Source of the DNA: an uncultured Alphaproteobacteria bacterium
Lineage (GTDB): Bacteria; Pseudomonadota; Alphaproteobacteria; Rhizobiales; CAWCWK01
Reading direction: 5' to 3'
Length of the DNA stretch: 64,000 nt
Assembly: GCA_963842125.1 (NCBI GenBank)
Contig: CAWJFE010000001.1
Coordinates: 1,475,592-1,539,591 of the forward strand
The notes under the pieces were generated by a model. That model did no database searches. It was not told the origin of the DNA and was given only the letters and a program-made list of their open reading frames with translations. A program made the position numbers and the translations under genes. Shown piece after piece: positions 49,402 to 59,388 of this stretch; position 1 is the stretch's first letter; every line of letters begins with the position of its first letter.

Positions 49402-51297
49402 TTGGAAACCGCAACAGCTATTGCCGTCTTCTGCATCGTCTTCGGCGGCTTCGCCTCGCAATGGATCGCCTGGCGGATCGGCATTCCGGCCATCGCGCTC
49501 CTCCTCCTCGTCGGTCTCAGCGTCGGGCCGTTCTTCCAGTTGGTCGATCCGGGCACGGCGTTCGAATCGACGTTGCAGCCGATCATCAGCCTTTGTGTCG
49601 CGATCGTCCTCTTCGAGGGCGGCTTGGCGCTCAACTTCAAGGAGTTGCGGGCGGCAGGCTCCGGCATTCGGCGGCTCACGCTCGTCGCGCTGCCACTCAA
49701 CTGGCTGCTGGCCTTTCTTGCGGGCTATTACATCGCGGGCATGAGCGTCGGCATCGCGATCCTCTTCGGCGCCATCCTCACGGTGACGGGGCCGACGGTC
49801 ATCATCCCGCTCCTGCGGCAGGCGCGGCTGAAGCAGCGCCCGGCCTCCTTCCTCAAGTGGGAGGGCATCGTCAACGACCCCATCGGCGCGCTCGCCGCGG
49901 CCGTGACGCTCGAGATCCTCATCCTCGCGCAATACCCCGATCAGGGCGTCGGCAGCTTCTTCGGCGTGATGGTGCTCGGCATCGTGGTCGCGCTCGGCCT
50001 CGGGCTCGGCTCCGCCTTCCTCGTGCGCTGGTCCTTCGCGCGCGATGCCGTGCCCGAAATCCTCAAGATGCCGATGCTGCTGAGCTTCGTCCTCACCATG
50101 CATTCGCTCTCGAACGTGGTGCTGCACGAGGCCGGGCTCATCGCCGTCACGGTCTTCGGCGTCGCGCTCGCCAACATGAACATCGCCGGTCTGGCCGAGC
50201 TGACGCGTTTCAAGGAGACGCTCGTCGTGATGATCGTCTCGGCGCTCTTCATCATCCTCGGCTCCGATCTCGACCCGCAGGTGCTGAGCCAGGTCTCGCT
50301 GCCTTTGATCGGCGTCACGCTCGCCATCGTCTTCCTCGTCCGCCCGGCCGCGATCATGCTCGCGACGATCCGCTCGGGCATGACGTGGCAGGAGCGGGTG
50401 CTGGTCTCATGGATCGGCCCGCGTGGCATCGTCGCGGCGGCCATCTCCGGCCTCGCGGCGCTCAAGCTGATGGAATACGAGTACCCGACGAGCGAGCTCC
50501 TGCAGCCGGCCGTCTTCGCCGTCATCGCGGCGACGGTCCTCCTCCATGGCTTCTCGATGCGCCCGCTCGCGCGCTGGCTCGGCCTCACGACGACGGTGCG
50601 GCCCAGCCTCGCCATCATCGGGGCCTCGCCCTGGTCGACCGACCTCGCCACGACGCTGCACGGCATGGGCGTGCCCATCACGCTCGTCGACACGCACAAG
50701 AACGCACTCAAGGACGCCCGCCGCGAAGGCGTGACCGGGCTGCAGATCGAAGCGCTGGCCGAGAAGGGCGAGGAAGCGTTCCACAAGACGCCACACGACT
50801 ACGTCATCGCCGCGACGCCCGACGAGATCTACAACGCGCTCATCTGCGCCAACCTCGCGCCCGAGATCGGCCGCGAACGCGTCTTCCAGATCGCCGCCGG
50901 CGGCGGCCGCCTCATGGACGAGCGGCGCGGCCTCTCGCGCGATGTGCGCGGCAAGATCTGGGCCGATGGCGACATCAATTTCGAGGGCTTCGAGACGCGC
51001 CACAAGGATGGCTGGCGCTTCCTCGTCTCGGACGTCACCGAGGCGCTGGCCGTGGAGGACGTGCCGCGCTCCGAGCATGTCGTGCCCGTCCTCATCGTCC
51101 ACGCCAACGACATGCTCTCGCCCGTCTCGCCCGAGGGCACTGGCGGGCCGGGCCTCGCCGAGGGCGACAAGATCGTCAACTTCGCGGCGCCGCAATCGCT
51201 CCGCGCGGTGCGGGAGCCGGCAGACGATGCCGGCGAGGGCGCGCCCGTCGATCCGGGCGGCGATGTCGTGACCGTCGCCCGCGTGGCCGTGGACTGA
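49402..51297 (+). CDS. Cation:proton antiporter (NhaP/CPA1 type) with C-terminal regulatory domain
   Basis: 12-13 TM helices, ...TGPTVIIPLLR...WEGIVNDPIGA..., and a soluble C-terminal ~200 aa. TTG start at 49402, uncertain. Confidence 0.8.
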   Translation: METATAIAVFCIVFGGFASQWIAWRIGIPAIALLLLVGLSVGPFFQLVDPGTAFESTLQPIISLCVAIVLFEGGLALNFKELRAAGSGIRRLTLVALPLNWLLAFLAGYYIAGMSVGIAILFGAILTVTGPTVIIPLLRQARLKQRPASFLKWEGIVNDPIGALAAAVTLEILILAQYPDQGVGSFFGVMVLGIVVALGLGLGSAFLVRWSFARDAVPEILKMPMLLSFVLTMHSLSNVVLHEAGLIAVTVFGVALANMNIAGLAELTRFKETLVVMIVSALFIILGSDLDPQVLSQVSLPLIGVTLAIVFLVRPAAIMLATIRSGMTWQERVLVSWIGPRGIVAAAISGLAALKLMEYEYPTSELLQPAVFAVIAATVLLHGFSMRPLARWLGLTTTVRPSLAIIGASPWSTDLATTLHGMGVPITLVDTHKNALKDARREGVTGLQIEALAEKGEEAFHKTPHDYVIAATPDEIYNALICANLAPEIGRERVFQIAAGGGRLMDERRGLSRDVRGKIWADGDINFEGFETRHKDGWRFLVSDVTEALAVEDVPRSEHVVPVLIVHANDMLSPVSPEGTGGPGLAEGDKIVNFAAPQSLRAVREPADDAGEGAPVDPGGDVVTVARVAVD

Positions 51298-51454
51298 GGC
51301 GCGATCGGGCGCATTCCGGCTTGACGCCGCCGCACCCCATCGCGCATGGTCCGCGCCATGACGACGCGCGCCACCATTCGGATGATTTGCCGCTAGCTTT
51401 CATAAGCTGGCCGCAACCGCTCGCGTCTTTCTCCCTTCCTTGAGCGACCCGGCC

Positions 51455-51521
51455 AGCGGGTAGACCCTAAGCCGGGTAGACCCTTGGCCGGGTGGACCCT
51501 TGGCCGGGTTGACCCTTGGCC
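51455..51521. repeat. 16-bp tandem repeat x4 (GCCGGGTNGACCCTTG) upstream of cysS
   Basis: Units at 51456, 51471, 51487 and 51503. The variable base reads A, A, G, T. Ends 36 nt before the cysS ATG. Confidence 0.85.
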
Positions 51522-51557
51522 AGGATCGGGCGGCAGCGCCCCCTCGAGGACGGATAG

Positions 51558-52991
51558 ATGGATTTCACGCTCTACGACACGATGACCCGCCAGAAGCGGC
51601 GCTTCGACCCGATCGACCCCAGAAACGTCCGCCTCTACGCCTGCGGCCCGACGGTCTACGACTTCGCCCATATCGGCAATGCGCGCCCCGCCATCGTCTT
51701 CGACGTGCTCTTTCGCCTGCTGCGCCACACCTATGGCCCAGACCACGTCACCTATGTCCGCAACGTCACGGACGTGGACGACAAGATCAACGCGCGCGCC
51801 GCCGCCGAGGGCGTCTCGATCCGCGACCTGACCGAGCGCACGCTCGCGCAGTATCACGAGGACCTCGACGCCCTCGGCTGCCTGCGGCCCTCAGAGGAGC
51901 CGCGTGCGACCGAGTTCATCCCCGACATGCTCGCCATGATCGGCCAGCTCGTCGAGCGCGGCCATGCTTATGTCGGCGAAGGGGAGGGGGCCGGACACGT
52001 CCTCTTCGACGTTTCCTCCATGGCCGACTACGGCGCGCTCTCCAACCGGAGGCTCGACGAGATGGAGGCCGGAGCCCGCGTCGAGGTCTCCGGCTACAAG
52101 CGCAACCCCGGAGACTTCGTCCTCTGGAAGCCCTCCCTTGCCGGCGAGCCCGCCTGGGACAGCCCCTACGGCCCCGGCCGCCCCGGATGGCACATCGAAT
52201 GCTCCGCCATGTCGGCCAAGCTCCTCGGCGAGACCTTCGACATCCACGCCGGCGGCCTCGACCTCATCTTCCCCCACCACGAGAACGAGATCGCGCAGAG
52301 CCGCTGCGCCCACGGCACCGAGGTGATGGCCAACTACTGGCTGCACAACGGGTACTTGCAGGTCGAGGGGCGCAAGATGTCGAAGTCGGAGGGGAACTTC
52401 ACGACGATACGGGATGTGCTGAACGGCCATTCGAGACGGGACGTACGTCTCGCGATGCTGAAGACCCATTACCGCCAGCCCATCGACTGGACAGAGAAGG
52501 CGTTGCGCGAGGCAAACGCAAACAACTACGTCCTCGACCGTAAGATCGGAGGGGTAGTCTTCGGTTCGGCGCATGTCGACGAGCAGTGCCCCACGAGCGC
52601 TCGCGGTTCGAGCGCAGTGGGTTGCCTTTGCGACGACTTGAACACGCCGGCTGCCATCGCGGCGCTTCAGGCCATGCCGTCGTCGGGGCCCGACGTCGAA
52701 CTGCCGGCGATCGTCTTCGGCCTGGGTGTGCTGGGCATTCTGCCGAGCCGGACGCAGGCGGCGTTCGACGCGAACGATCTGCCGGTCGGGATCCGGATCG
52801 ACGATTTCGAGCGGGAGGCGCTGGCCGGCGACGTGGACGTCCCCGGCATCGAAGCCCTCATCGCGTCACGCACCGAAGCCCGCGCCGCCAAGGATTTCGC
52901 CCGCTCCGACGCTATCCGCGACGAGCTCGCCGCCATAGGCGTCTCCATCAAGGACGGCCCAAACGGCACCACCTGGGAGCTGGCACGATGA
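51558..52991 (+). CDS. cysS: Cysteine--tRNA ligase
   Basis: [16 protein letters not shown] (HIGH) and KMSKSEGNF (KMSKS). Confidence 0.95.
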   Translation: MDFTLYDTMTRQKRRFDPIDPRNVRLYACGPTVYDFAHIGNARPAIVFDVLFRLLRHTYGPDHVTYVRNVTDVDDKINARAAAEGVSIRDLTERTLAQYHEDLDALGCLRPSEEPRATEFIPDMLAMIGQLVERGHAYVGEGEGAGHVLFDVSSMADYGALSNRRLDEMEAGARVEVSGYKRNPGDFVLWKPSLAGEPAWDSPYGPGRPGWHIECSAMSAKLLGETFDIHAGGLDLIFPHHENEIAQSRCAHGTEVMANYWLHNGYLQVEGRKMSKSEGNFTTIRDVLNGHSRRDVRLAMLKTHYRQPIDWTEKALREANANNYVLDRKIGGVVFGSAHVDEQCPTSARGSSAVGCLCDDLNTPAAIAALQAMPSSGPDVELPAIVFGLGVLGILPSRTQAAFDANDLPVGIRIDDFEREALAGDVDVPGIEALIASRTEARAAKDFARSDAIRDELAAIGVSIKDGPNGTTWELAR

Positions 52992-53005
52992 CCGCGCCTC
53001 ATACG

Positions 53006-53133
53006 CCCCTTCTCCCCTCGCGGGAGAAGGTCCGGCAGGGGATGAGGGGGTGGAGCCGCCTTGCAGGCGCGTCGCCAGGACCGACACCCCGTCATCTGCC
53101 CTGCCGGGCACCTTCTTCCACGAGGGGAGAAGG
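53006..53133. repeat. Pair of inverted ~45-nt REP/RIME-like elements forming a large palindrome
   Basis: ccccttctcccctcgcgggagaaggtccggcaggggatgaggggg (53006-53050) versus the reverse complement of 53087-53133 (ccttctcccctcgtggaagaaggtgcccggcagggcagatgacgggg). Confidence 0.75.
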
Positions 53134-53163
53134 ACAGACTTGCGCTATCGCCGAGCTCCGCAC

Positions 53164-54759
53164 ATGACCCGCGCCCGCATCACCCTCTACGACACGACCC
53201 TGCGCGACGGGGCGCAGACGGATGGGGTCGACTTCTCGGTCGAGGACAAGCGCACCGTCATGGCGATGCTGGACGGGCTCGGCATCGACGTCGTCGAGGG
53301 CGGTTATCCGGGTGCGAATCCGGTCGATACCGAACTCTTCGCCGCCCTGCCCGAGACCCGCGCACGCCGCGCCGCCTTCGGCATGACGAAGCGGGCCGGG
53401 CGCTCGGTCTCCAACGATCCGGGGGTGCAGGACCTCGTCGCCGCGGGCGGCGAGATCGTCACGTTCGTCGCCAAGGCATGGGATTTCCACGTCCACGTCG
53501 CGCTCGGCTGCACGCTGGAGGAGAACCTCGAGGGCGTGTCGGATTCGGTTGCGGCCGTCGTCGCGGCGGGCAAGGTCGCGATGCTCGACGCGGAGCATTT
53601 CTTCGACGGCTACAAGGCGAATGAGGACTATGCGCTCTCGGTCGTCCGCACGGCCATTGCGGCCGGCGCCGAGACGGTCATCCTCTGCGATACGAATGGC
53701 GGCACGTTGCCAGACGAGATCGAGCGGATCGTCGGCGTCGTCGCCGCCGAAGTTGGCGGCGAACGTCTCGGCATCCACGCGCACGACGATACCGGCCACG
53801 CCGTCGCCAACTCGCTCGCCGGCATCCGTGCCGGGGCCTGCCAGATCCAGGGCACGCTCAACGGGCTTGGCGAGCGTTGCGGCAACGCGAACCTCATCAC
53901 CCTCATCCCGACACTGCTCTTGAAGCCCGCCTACGCCGAGCGCTTCGAGATCGGCACGACGCCAGACGCGCTCAGGACGCTGACGTCGGTCAGCCGCGCC
54001 TTCGACGAGCTCATCAACCGCGCGCCGGCCCGCCAGAACCCCTATGTGGGCGCCGCCGCCTTCGCGACGAAGGCCGGCATCCACGCCTCCGCGATCGTGA
54101 AGGCGCCCGAGAGCTACGAGCATGTCGAGCCCGGCAGCGTCGGCAATGCGCGCCGGCTGCTGGTCTCTGGGCAGGGTGGGCGCTCCAACGTGCTGGCCGT
54201 GCTGGAGCGGCTTGGCGTCGAGGTGCGCCGGGACGATCCGCGTATCGGCCGCCTGGTCGAGCAGGTGAAGGAGCGCGAGGCGCTCGGCTACGCCTATGAG
54301 GCGGCCGAGGCGAGCTTCGAGCTTCTCGCCCGGCGCGCGCTGGGCCAGGTGCCGCAATTCTTCTCGGTCGAGAGCTTCCGCGCCACGGTCGAGGGGCGGT
54401 TCAACGCGGTGGGCGAGAAGATCGCGGTCTCGGAAGCCGTCGTGAAGGTGACGATCGATGGCGAGACCTACATGTCGGTCGCCGAGGGCAACGGCCCCGT
54501 CAACGCGCTGGACGCCGCGCTTCGAAAGGACCTCGGCCGTTACCAGGCGCACATAGACGACCTTGCGCTGGCCGACTTCAAGGTCCGTATCCTCAACGGC
54601 GGCACGGGCGCGATCACGCGCGTCCTCATCGAATCGATGGACGGGGCTGGACATCGCTGGTGGACGGTCGGCGTCTCGCCCAACATCGTCGAGGCATCCT
54701 TCGACGCGCTGATGGACTCGATCACCTACAAGCTGCTGCGCGATGGGGTCGGGGTATGA
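53164..54759 (+). CDS. cimA: Citramalate synthase / 2-isopropylmalate synthase family enzyme (CimA-type, LeuA-dimer C-terminus)
   Basis: ITLYDTTLRDGAQTDGVDFSVEDK..., HAHDDTGHAVANSLAG. About 530 aa, the length typical of the citramalate synthase clade. ATG 53164. Confidence 0.8.
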   Translation: MTRARITLYDTTLRDGAQTDGVDFSVEDKRTVMAMLDGLGIDVVEGGYPGANPVDTELFAALPETRARRAAFGMTKRAGRSVSNDPGVQDLVAAGGEIVTFVAKAWDFHVHVALGCTLEENLEGVSDSVAAVVAAGKVAMLDAEHFFDGYKANEDYALSVVRTAIAAGAETVILCDTNGGTLPDEIERIVGVVAAEVGGERLGIHAHDDTGHAVANSLAGIRAGACQIQGTLNGLGERCGNANLITLIPTLLLKPAYAERFEIGTTPDALRTLTSVSRAFDELINRAPARQNPYVGAAAFATKAGIHASAIVKAPESYEHVEPGSVGNARRLLVSGQGGRSNVLAVLERLGVEVRRDDPRIGRLVEQVKEREALGYAYEAAEASFELLARRALGQVPQFFSVESFRATVEGRFNAVGEKIAVSEAVVKVTIDGETYMSVAEGNGPVNALDAALRKDLGRYQAHIDDLALADFKVRILNGGTGAITRVLIESMDGAGHRWWTVGVSPNIVEASFDALMDSITYKLLRDGVGV

Positions 54760-54775
54760 GGGCTTGGTCGGGTCG

Positions 54776-55387
54776 TTAGAGACTCCGCAGCGGCTCGGCC
54801 GACGTGTCGGCGTCGAGTTCCGTCTGGTCAAGCCGGGCGGCCTCGGCCTGGAGCGTCGGCACGACGGCGTCGGCGCTGGAGGCGACGAGGAAGGGAACCT
54901 CGTGGCCGGGCCGGATGAAGCCCTCTTCGGACATGTGGCCGAGGAGTTCGAGGAGCGGCGTCCAGAAGCCGTCTATGTCGGCGAGGAGGACGGGCTTCTT
55001 GTGCTGACCGAGCTGCGCCCAGGTCATCATCTCGACCGTCTCTTCGAGCGTGCCGATACCGCCCGGCAGCGCGACGAAGGCGTCGGCGCGCTCGAACATC
55101 AGGCGTTTGCGCTCGTGCATGTCGGCGGTGACGATCAGCTCGTCCACATCGTCGAGCATCACCTCGCGGCCGGTGAGGAAGCTCGGGATGATGCCCGTCA
55201 CCTGGCCGCCCGCCTCTATGACGGAGCGCGCGACCGTGCCCATCAGGCCCAGGCTTCCGCCGCCATAGACGAGGCGGATGCCCGCCGCCGCCATCGCCTG
55301 CCCGAGCGCCTTCGCGGTCGCCTCGTAGACGGGCTTCGCACCGATGCCGGTGCCGCAATAGACGCAGATGTTCTTGATCTCAGCCAT
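54776..55387 (-). CDS. LOG-family (TIGR00730) nucleotide phosphoribohydrolase
   Basis: ICVYCGTG..., LVYGGGSLGLMG, PGGIGTLEE. ATG 55387. Confidence 0.85.
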   Translation of the reverse strand: MAEIKNICVYCGTGIGAKPVYEATAKALGQAMAAAGIRLVYGGGSLGLMGTVARSVIEAGGQVTGIIPSFLTGREVMLDDVDELIVTADMHERKRLMFERADAFVALPGGIGTLEETVEMMTWAQLGQHKKPVLLADIDGFWTPLLELLGHMSEEGFIRPGHEVPFLVASSADAVVPTLQAEAARLDQTELDADTSAEPLRSL

Positions 55388-55552
55388 GGCCCATGTGGCA
55401 CTGCACAAAGCCGGCGGTCAACCACGTCCGAAGGCACGATTTGCCCGCGCCGGCGTTTGCCTTTAACGCTTTGGTAAGGCGCGTGGGCCGGGCGAGACCC
55501 CGGCCCCGAGAGCGCAAGCCGCTATACGCATGAAAGGATTCGATTTCCCGAG

Positions 55553-56545
55553 ATGGCCCCGCTACCGCTCATATGGCTTTTGGGAGCCCTCAGCGTGGGC
55601 GTCGCGGTGGTCGGCACGACGACCTACCGCTACTTGCGCGACGCGCCGCCGGAGGTCGTCGCCAGCGGCGAGGCTGTAGGCCGAGCGGGTGCGGTCGCTG
55701 CGGTCGGGGCGACTGTTGGCGCCGTGGAAACCTCCGTGCCGCTCGATGGCGCGATAGTGTCGGGCGGCGGGGACGGACGCCTCGCACCGTCGTCGACGCG
55801 GCCGATCGCGATCAGCGTGGCGGCGGGTGCCGTCGATATCGTCTCGAGCTTTTCAGCGGGTCCAGGCAGCTTCGCCGGTCTCTCCGCCGTTGCGGTCGAG
55901 GCGAGCCTGAACGGCGGCGCCTCGGTTCCCCTCACGATGCCGCCTCCGCCCAATGGCGCGGCTGGCCAGTCGGTGGACGCCGCCGACGCATCCGATGCGC
56001 CGACCGCGACCGTGGCGATCGGCAAACCCCCCGTCGTCAGCGCCGATGCGACCTGGGGTCTCGACGGCGAGGGCGATCTCGTCGGCCGGGCGGACCAGCC
56101 GATCGCATCCGTCACCGTGCCGGGGCCGCTTCGCGCGGCGCGGGTGGACGCGACTGCAGTGCCTCGCACCGTCACCGATATTCGAACCGGGGGCACCACG
56201 CTCCAGGGGGCTCCGCTGGCCGAGGGCCGCGTGGTTCCCGCGCCGTTGCCGGCGCCCGACAGGGCGCCTGGCGCGACGAGTGATGGTCCGCGCGACACCG
56301 TCCTCGCAGAGAGGGCAAGCGATGCGGAGGGTGTTGGCGGTCCTGTCGACGCGCCTCCGGTCAGGGTCGCTGCTGCGCCAAGGGCGGAGGAGACACCCAT
56401 CGAGCGCGTGGGACCGCGCGTCGGGACGAGCGCGTCGATGACGTCCCACGCCGGCAGCGGCCGCGCCGACTGCGCTGATCGCACCGCCCATCATCCCGCG
56501 GGTTTCGCCTCGAGCGAAGGCGGGAGCCGCGAAGACGGGCGCTGA
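55553..56545 (+). CDS. Hypothetical membrane-anchored Ala/Gly/Val/Pro-rich protein
   Basis: N-terminal TM helix (LPLIWLLGALSVGVAVVG), then low-complexity sequence. Coding status rests only on ORF length and position upstream of the LysM gene. Confidence 0.35.
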   Translation: MAPLPLIWLLGALSVGVAVVGTTTYRYLRDAPPEVVASGEAVGRAGAVAAVGATVGAVETSVPLDGAIVSGGGDGRLAPSSTRPIAISVAAGAVDIVSSFSAGPGSFAGLSAVAVEASLNGGASVPLTMPPPPNGAAGQSVDAADASDAPTATVAIGKPPVVSADATWGLDGEGDLVGRADQPIASVTVPGPLRAARVDATAVPRTVTDIRTGGTTLQGAPLAEGRVVPAPLPAPDRAPGATSDGPRDTVLAERASDAEGVGGPVDAPPVRVAAAPRAEETPIERVGPRVGTSASMTSHAGSGRADCADRTAHHPAGFASSEGGSREDGR

Positions 56546-56549
56546 TCCC

Positions 56550-57323
56550 GTGAGGATCGTGTCCGCGCGGCGCGCGACGGCCGAGGCGCCCGCCTCGCCG
56601 GGCTTCCTTCAAGTCACGGACTGGCGTGCGGGCGGCGCGAAGGTGATCTCCGTCGTCGCCTCGTCCTCGGAGACCGCCATCGATGCGGGCGCTCTCGCCT
56701 CCGGGGTCGGGGTGCTGCGGCCCGGACCGAAGGTCATGACGGTGTCGCGCGGCATCGACGTCGCGTCCCCCATCGAGGTGACCGGGCGAGGCGAGGTGAA
56801 GATCGAGGCGGTCCGCACCGGCGCATCGCGCATCGTCGTGCGGGGCCGGGGCGCCGCCGGAACGACGGTGCGCGCCAATCTCAACGGGACCGATATCGGC
56901 GAGGTCTCCGTCGGAGACGACGCCCGTTTCGCCTTCGATCTGCCGGCCCGCATGTTGCCCGGCGCCTACGAGTTGCGCATCGAGCCGCGGGGCGTCTCCG
57001 TCGATGCCGGCGGATCGGCGACGATCGGCTTCACCCTCGATCAGGGCCTGCGTCAGACGCGCACCCGGCGCGTGACGCCACTCAACGCGCGCATGCGGGC
57101 CGAGACGGTGGCCGTCGAGGCGCAGCCCCATGTCGTCGTCATCGCACGGGGCGACAATCTCTGGCGCATCGCGCGGCGCGTCTATGGCGACGGGATCAGC
57201 TTTCCGACCATCGTCAACGCCAATCGCGACCTCATTCGCAACCCCGATCTCATCTTCCCCGGCCAGGTCTTCGTGCTGCCGCTCCTGGAGACGCATCGGC
57301 TGGGCGATACGGCACGGGGGTAA
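56550..57323 (+). CDS. LysM peptidoglycan-binding domain protein
   Basis: C-terminal LysM: VVIARGDNLWRIARRVYGDGISFPTIVNANRDLIRNPDLIFPGQVFVLP. GTG start, uncertain. Confidence 0.7.
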   Translation: MRIVSARRATAEAPASPGFLQVTDWRAGGAKVISVVASSSETAIDAGALASGVGVLRPGPKVMTVSRGIDVASPIEVTGRGEVKIEAVRTGASRIVVRGRGAAGTTVRANLNGTDIGEVSVGDDARFAFDLPARMLPGAYELRIEPRGVSVDAGGSATIGFTLDQGLRQTRTRRVTPLNARMRAETVAVEAQPHVVVIARGDNLWRIARRVYGDGISFPTIVNANRDLIRNPDLIFPGQVFVLPLLETHRLGDTARG

Positions 57324-57396
57324 TCGGGCCCATCGCTCCGGACAGGGTATGAGGGCTTGCTAAAACCGCCCGTCTGGCCCATTTGCGCGGTCACGC

Positions 57397-59388
57397 ATGA
57401 CCGATGCCACCCTCCCAGACGACGCCCCCAAACCGGACGGCGCCCACGCCGCCAAGCCGGAGGACGCCTCCGTCCGTAAGGGCCGGCGCGTCAGCGCGGA
57501 GGACGGCGACACCTTCCAGACGCTGAAGGCGCTGTGGCCCTATCTCTGGCCGCACGACCGGAACGACCTCAAGGTCCGCGTCATCCTCGCGCTCTTCGTC
57601 CTGATCATCGCCAAGGTGATCAATGTCGGCGTGCCCTATCTCTACAAATGGGCCACCGACGCGCTGGCCGGCACGCCCGACCTGACGGGCCGCGAGGGCT
57701 GGACGCTGGCGCTTCTGGGCGCGCCCGTCCTCATCGTGATCGCCTACGGCGTCGCGCGCGTGGCCGTGATGGGCTTCCAGCAGCTTCGGGACGCGCTCTT
57801 CGCCAAGGTGTCGATGAACGTCGTGCGCAAGCTCGGGCAGGAGACGTTCGACCATCTCCACAAGCTCTCGCTGCGCTTTCACCTCGCGCGGCGCACGGGC
57901 GGTCTGAGCCGCATCATCGAGCGCGGCACCACGGGCATCGAATCGGTCGTGCGCTTCACCATCCTCTCGATCTTTCCGACGATGATCGAGTTCGTGCTGG
58001 CGGCCGCCGTCATCGCCTACCAGTTCGACTGGCGCTATCTCGTCGTGCTCCTCGGAATGATGGTCGGCTATGTCGGCTACACGGTCTGGCTCACGAACCT
58101 GCGCATCCAGATCCGCCGCAACATGAACGAGGCGAACAATGACGGGAACTCGAAGACCGTCGACAGCCTCCTCAACTACGAGACGGTCAAGTACTTCAAT
58201 AACGAAGGGCTGGAATCGAGCCGCTTCGGCGAGACGCTGGCGCGCTACGAGACGGCCGGCGTCCAGACGCTGACCTCGCTCGCCTGGCTCAATATCGGCC
58301 AGAACGTCATCTTCACCGCCGGCATGACGGCGACCATGGTGATGGCCGCGCAAGGCGTGATGGACGGCGAGAACACGGTCGGCGACTTCGTCCTCATCAA
58401 CGCGCTGATGATCCAGCTCTACCAGCCGCTCAACTTCATCGGCACCGTCTACCGCGAGATCAAGCAGGGGCTGACGGATATCGAAGCGCTCTTCATGCTC
58501 CTCGACGAGAACCCCGAGATCGTCGATGCGCCCGGCGCGAAGCCGCTCCGGGTGGACGAGGGCCGCATCGTCTTCGAGGACGTCCGCTTCGCCTACGACG
58601 CCGAGCGCCCGATCCTCAAGGGCCTCTCCTTCGAGGTGCCGGCCGGCAAGACATTCGCCATCGTCGGCCCTTCGGGCGCGGGCAAGTCGACGCTGTCGCG
58701 TCTCCTCTACCGGTTCTACGAGGTCGGCGAGGGCCGTATCCGGATCGACGATCAGGACATCACCGACGTTCAGCAGCTCAGCCTGCGCCGCCAGATCGGC
58801 ATGGTCCCGCAGGACACGGTGCTCTTCAACGACACGATCGCCTACAACATCCAGTACGGCCGGCCAGACGCCAGCCACGCCGAAGTCGTGCAGGCGGCCA
58901 AGCTGGCGCAGATCCACGACTTCATCCTCCAGCTGCCCGACGGCTACGAGACCGAGGTCGGCGAGCGCGGGCTCAAGCTCTCGGGCGGCGAGAAGCAGCG
59001 GGTCGCGATCGCGCGCACGATCCTCAAGGCGCCGCCCATCCTCATTCTCGACGAGGCGACCTCGGCGCTCGACAGCTACACCGAGCTCGAGATCCAGGAA
59101 GCGCTGCGCGCCGTCGCGGAAGGGCGCACGACGCTCGTGATCGCGCACCGCTTGACGACCATCGTCGATGCCGACCAGATTCTCGTCATCGAGGCGGGCC
59201 GGCTCGTGGAGCGCGGCACGCATGACGAGCTGCTGCGCGCCGGCGGCCTCTATGCCGGCATGTGGAACCGCCAACGCGAGGCCGAGGAGGCCCGCGAGGC
59301 CTATCAGCGCACGATGCGCGATGCGGAAGGGTTCCTACCCGGCCGCCGCCGCGAGGACGCGCTACCGATCGAAGGTGAGACGACATGA
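57397..59388 (+). CDS. ABC transporter, fused permease/ATPase, Atm1/HMT1-type exporter
   Basis: Six TM helices followed by the NBD (GPSGAGKST, LSGGEKQRVAIAR, ILILDEATS). Confidence 0.9.
   Translation: MTDATLPDDAPKPDGAHAAKPEDASVRKGRRVSAEDGDTFQTLKALWPYLWPHDRNDLKVRVILALFVLIIAKVINVGVPYLYKWATDALAGTPDLTGREGWTLALLGAPVLIVIAYGVARVAVMGFQQLRDALFAKVSMNVVRKLGQETFDHLHKLSLRFHLARRTGGLSRIIERGTTGIESVVRFTILSIFPTMIEFVLAAAVIAYQFDWRYLVVLLGMMVGYVGYTVWLTNLRIQIRRNMNEANNDGNSKTVDSLLNYETVKYFNNEGLESSRFGETLARYETAGVQTLTSLAWLNIGQNVIFTAGMTATMVMAAQGVMDGENTVGDFVLINALMIQLYQPLNFIGTVYREIKQGLTDIEALFMLLDENPEIVDAPGAKPLRVDEGRIVFEDVRFAYDAERPILKGLSFEVPAGKTFAIVGPSGAGKSTLSRLLYRFYEVGEGRIRIDDQDITDVQQLSLRRQIGMVPQDTVLFNDTIAYNIQYGRPDASHAEVVQAAKLAQIHDFILQLPDGYETEVGERGLKLSGGEKQRVAIARTILKAPPILILDEATSALDSYTELEIQEALRAVAEGRTTLVIAHRLTTIVDADQILVIEAGRLVERGTHDELLRAGGLYAGMWNRQREAEEAREAYQRTMRDAEGFLPGRRREDALPIEGETT

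Noticed and set aside
54753-57361. Exact 15-nt match GGGTATGAGGGCTTG just after the cimA stop (about 54754) and after the LysM gene stop (about 57347).
   Set aside because: A single 15-mer match in 64 kb of compositionally biased DNA is within chance expectation. There is no flanking similarity or shared structure.
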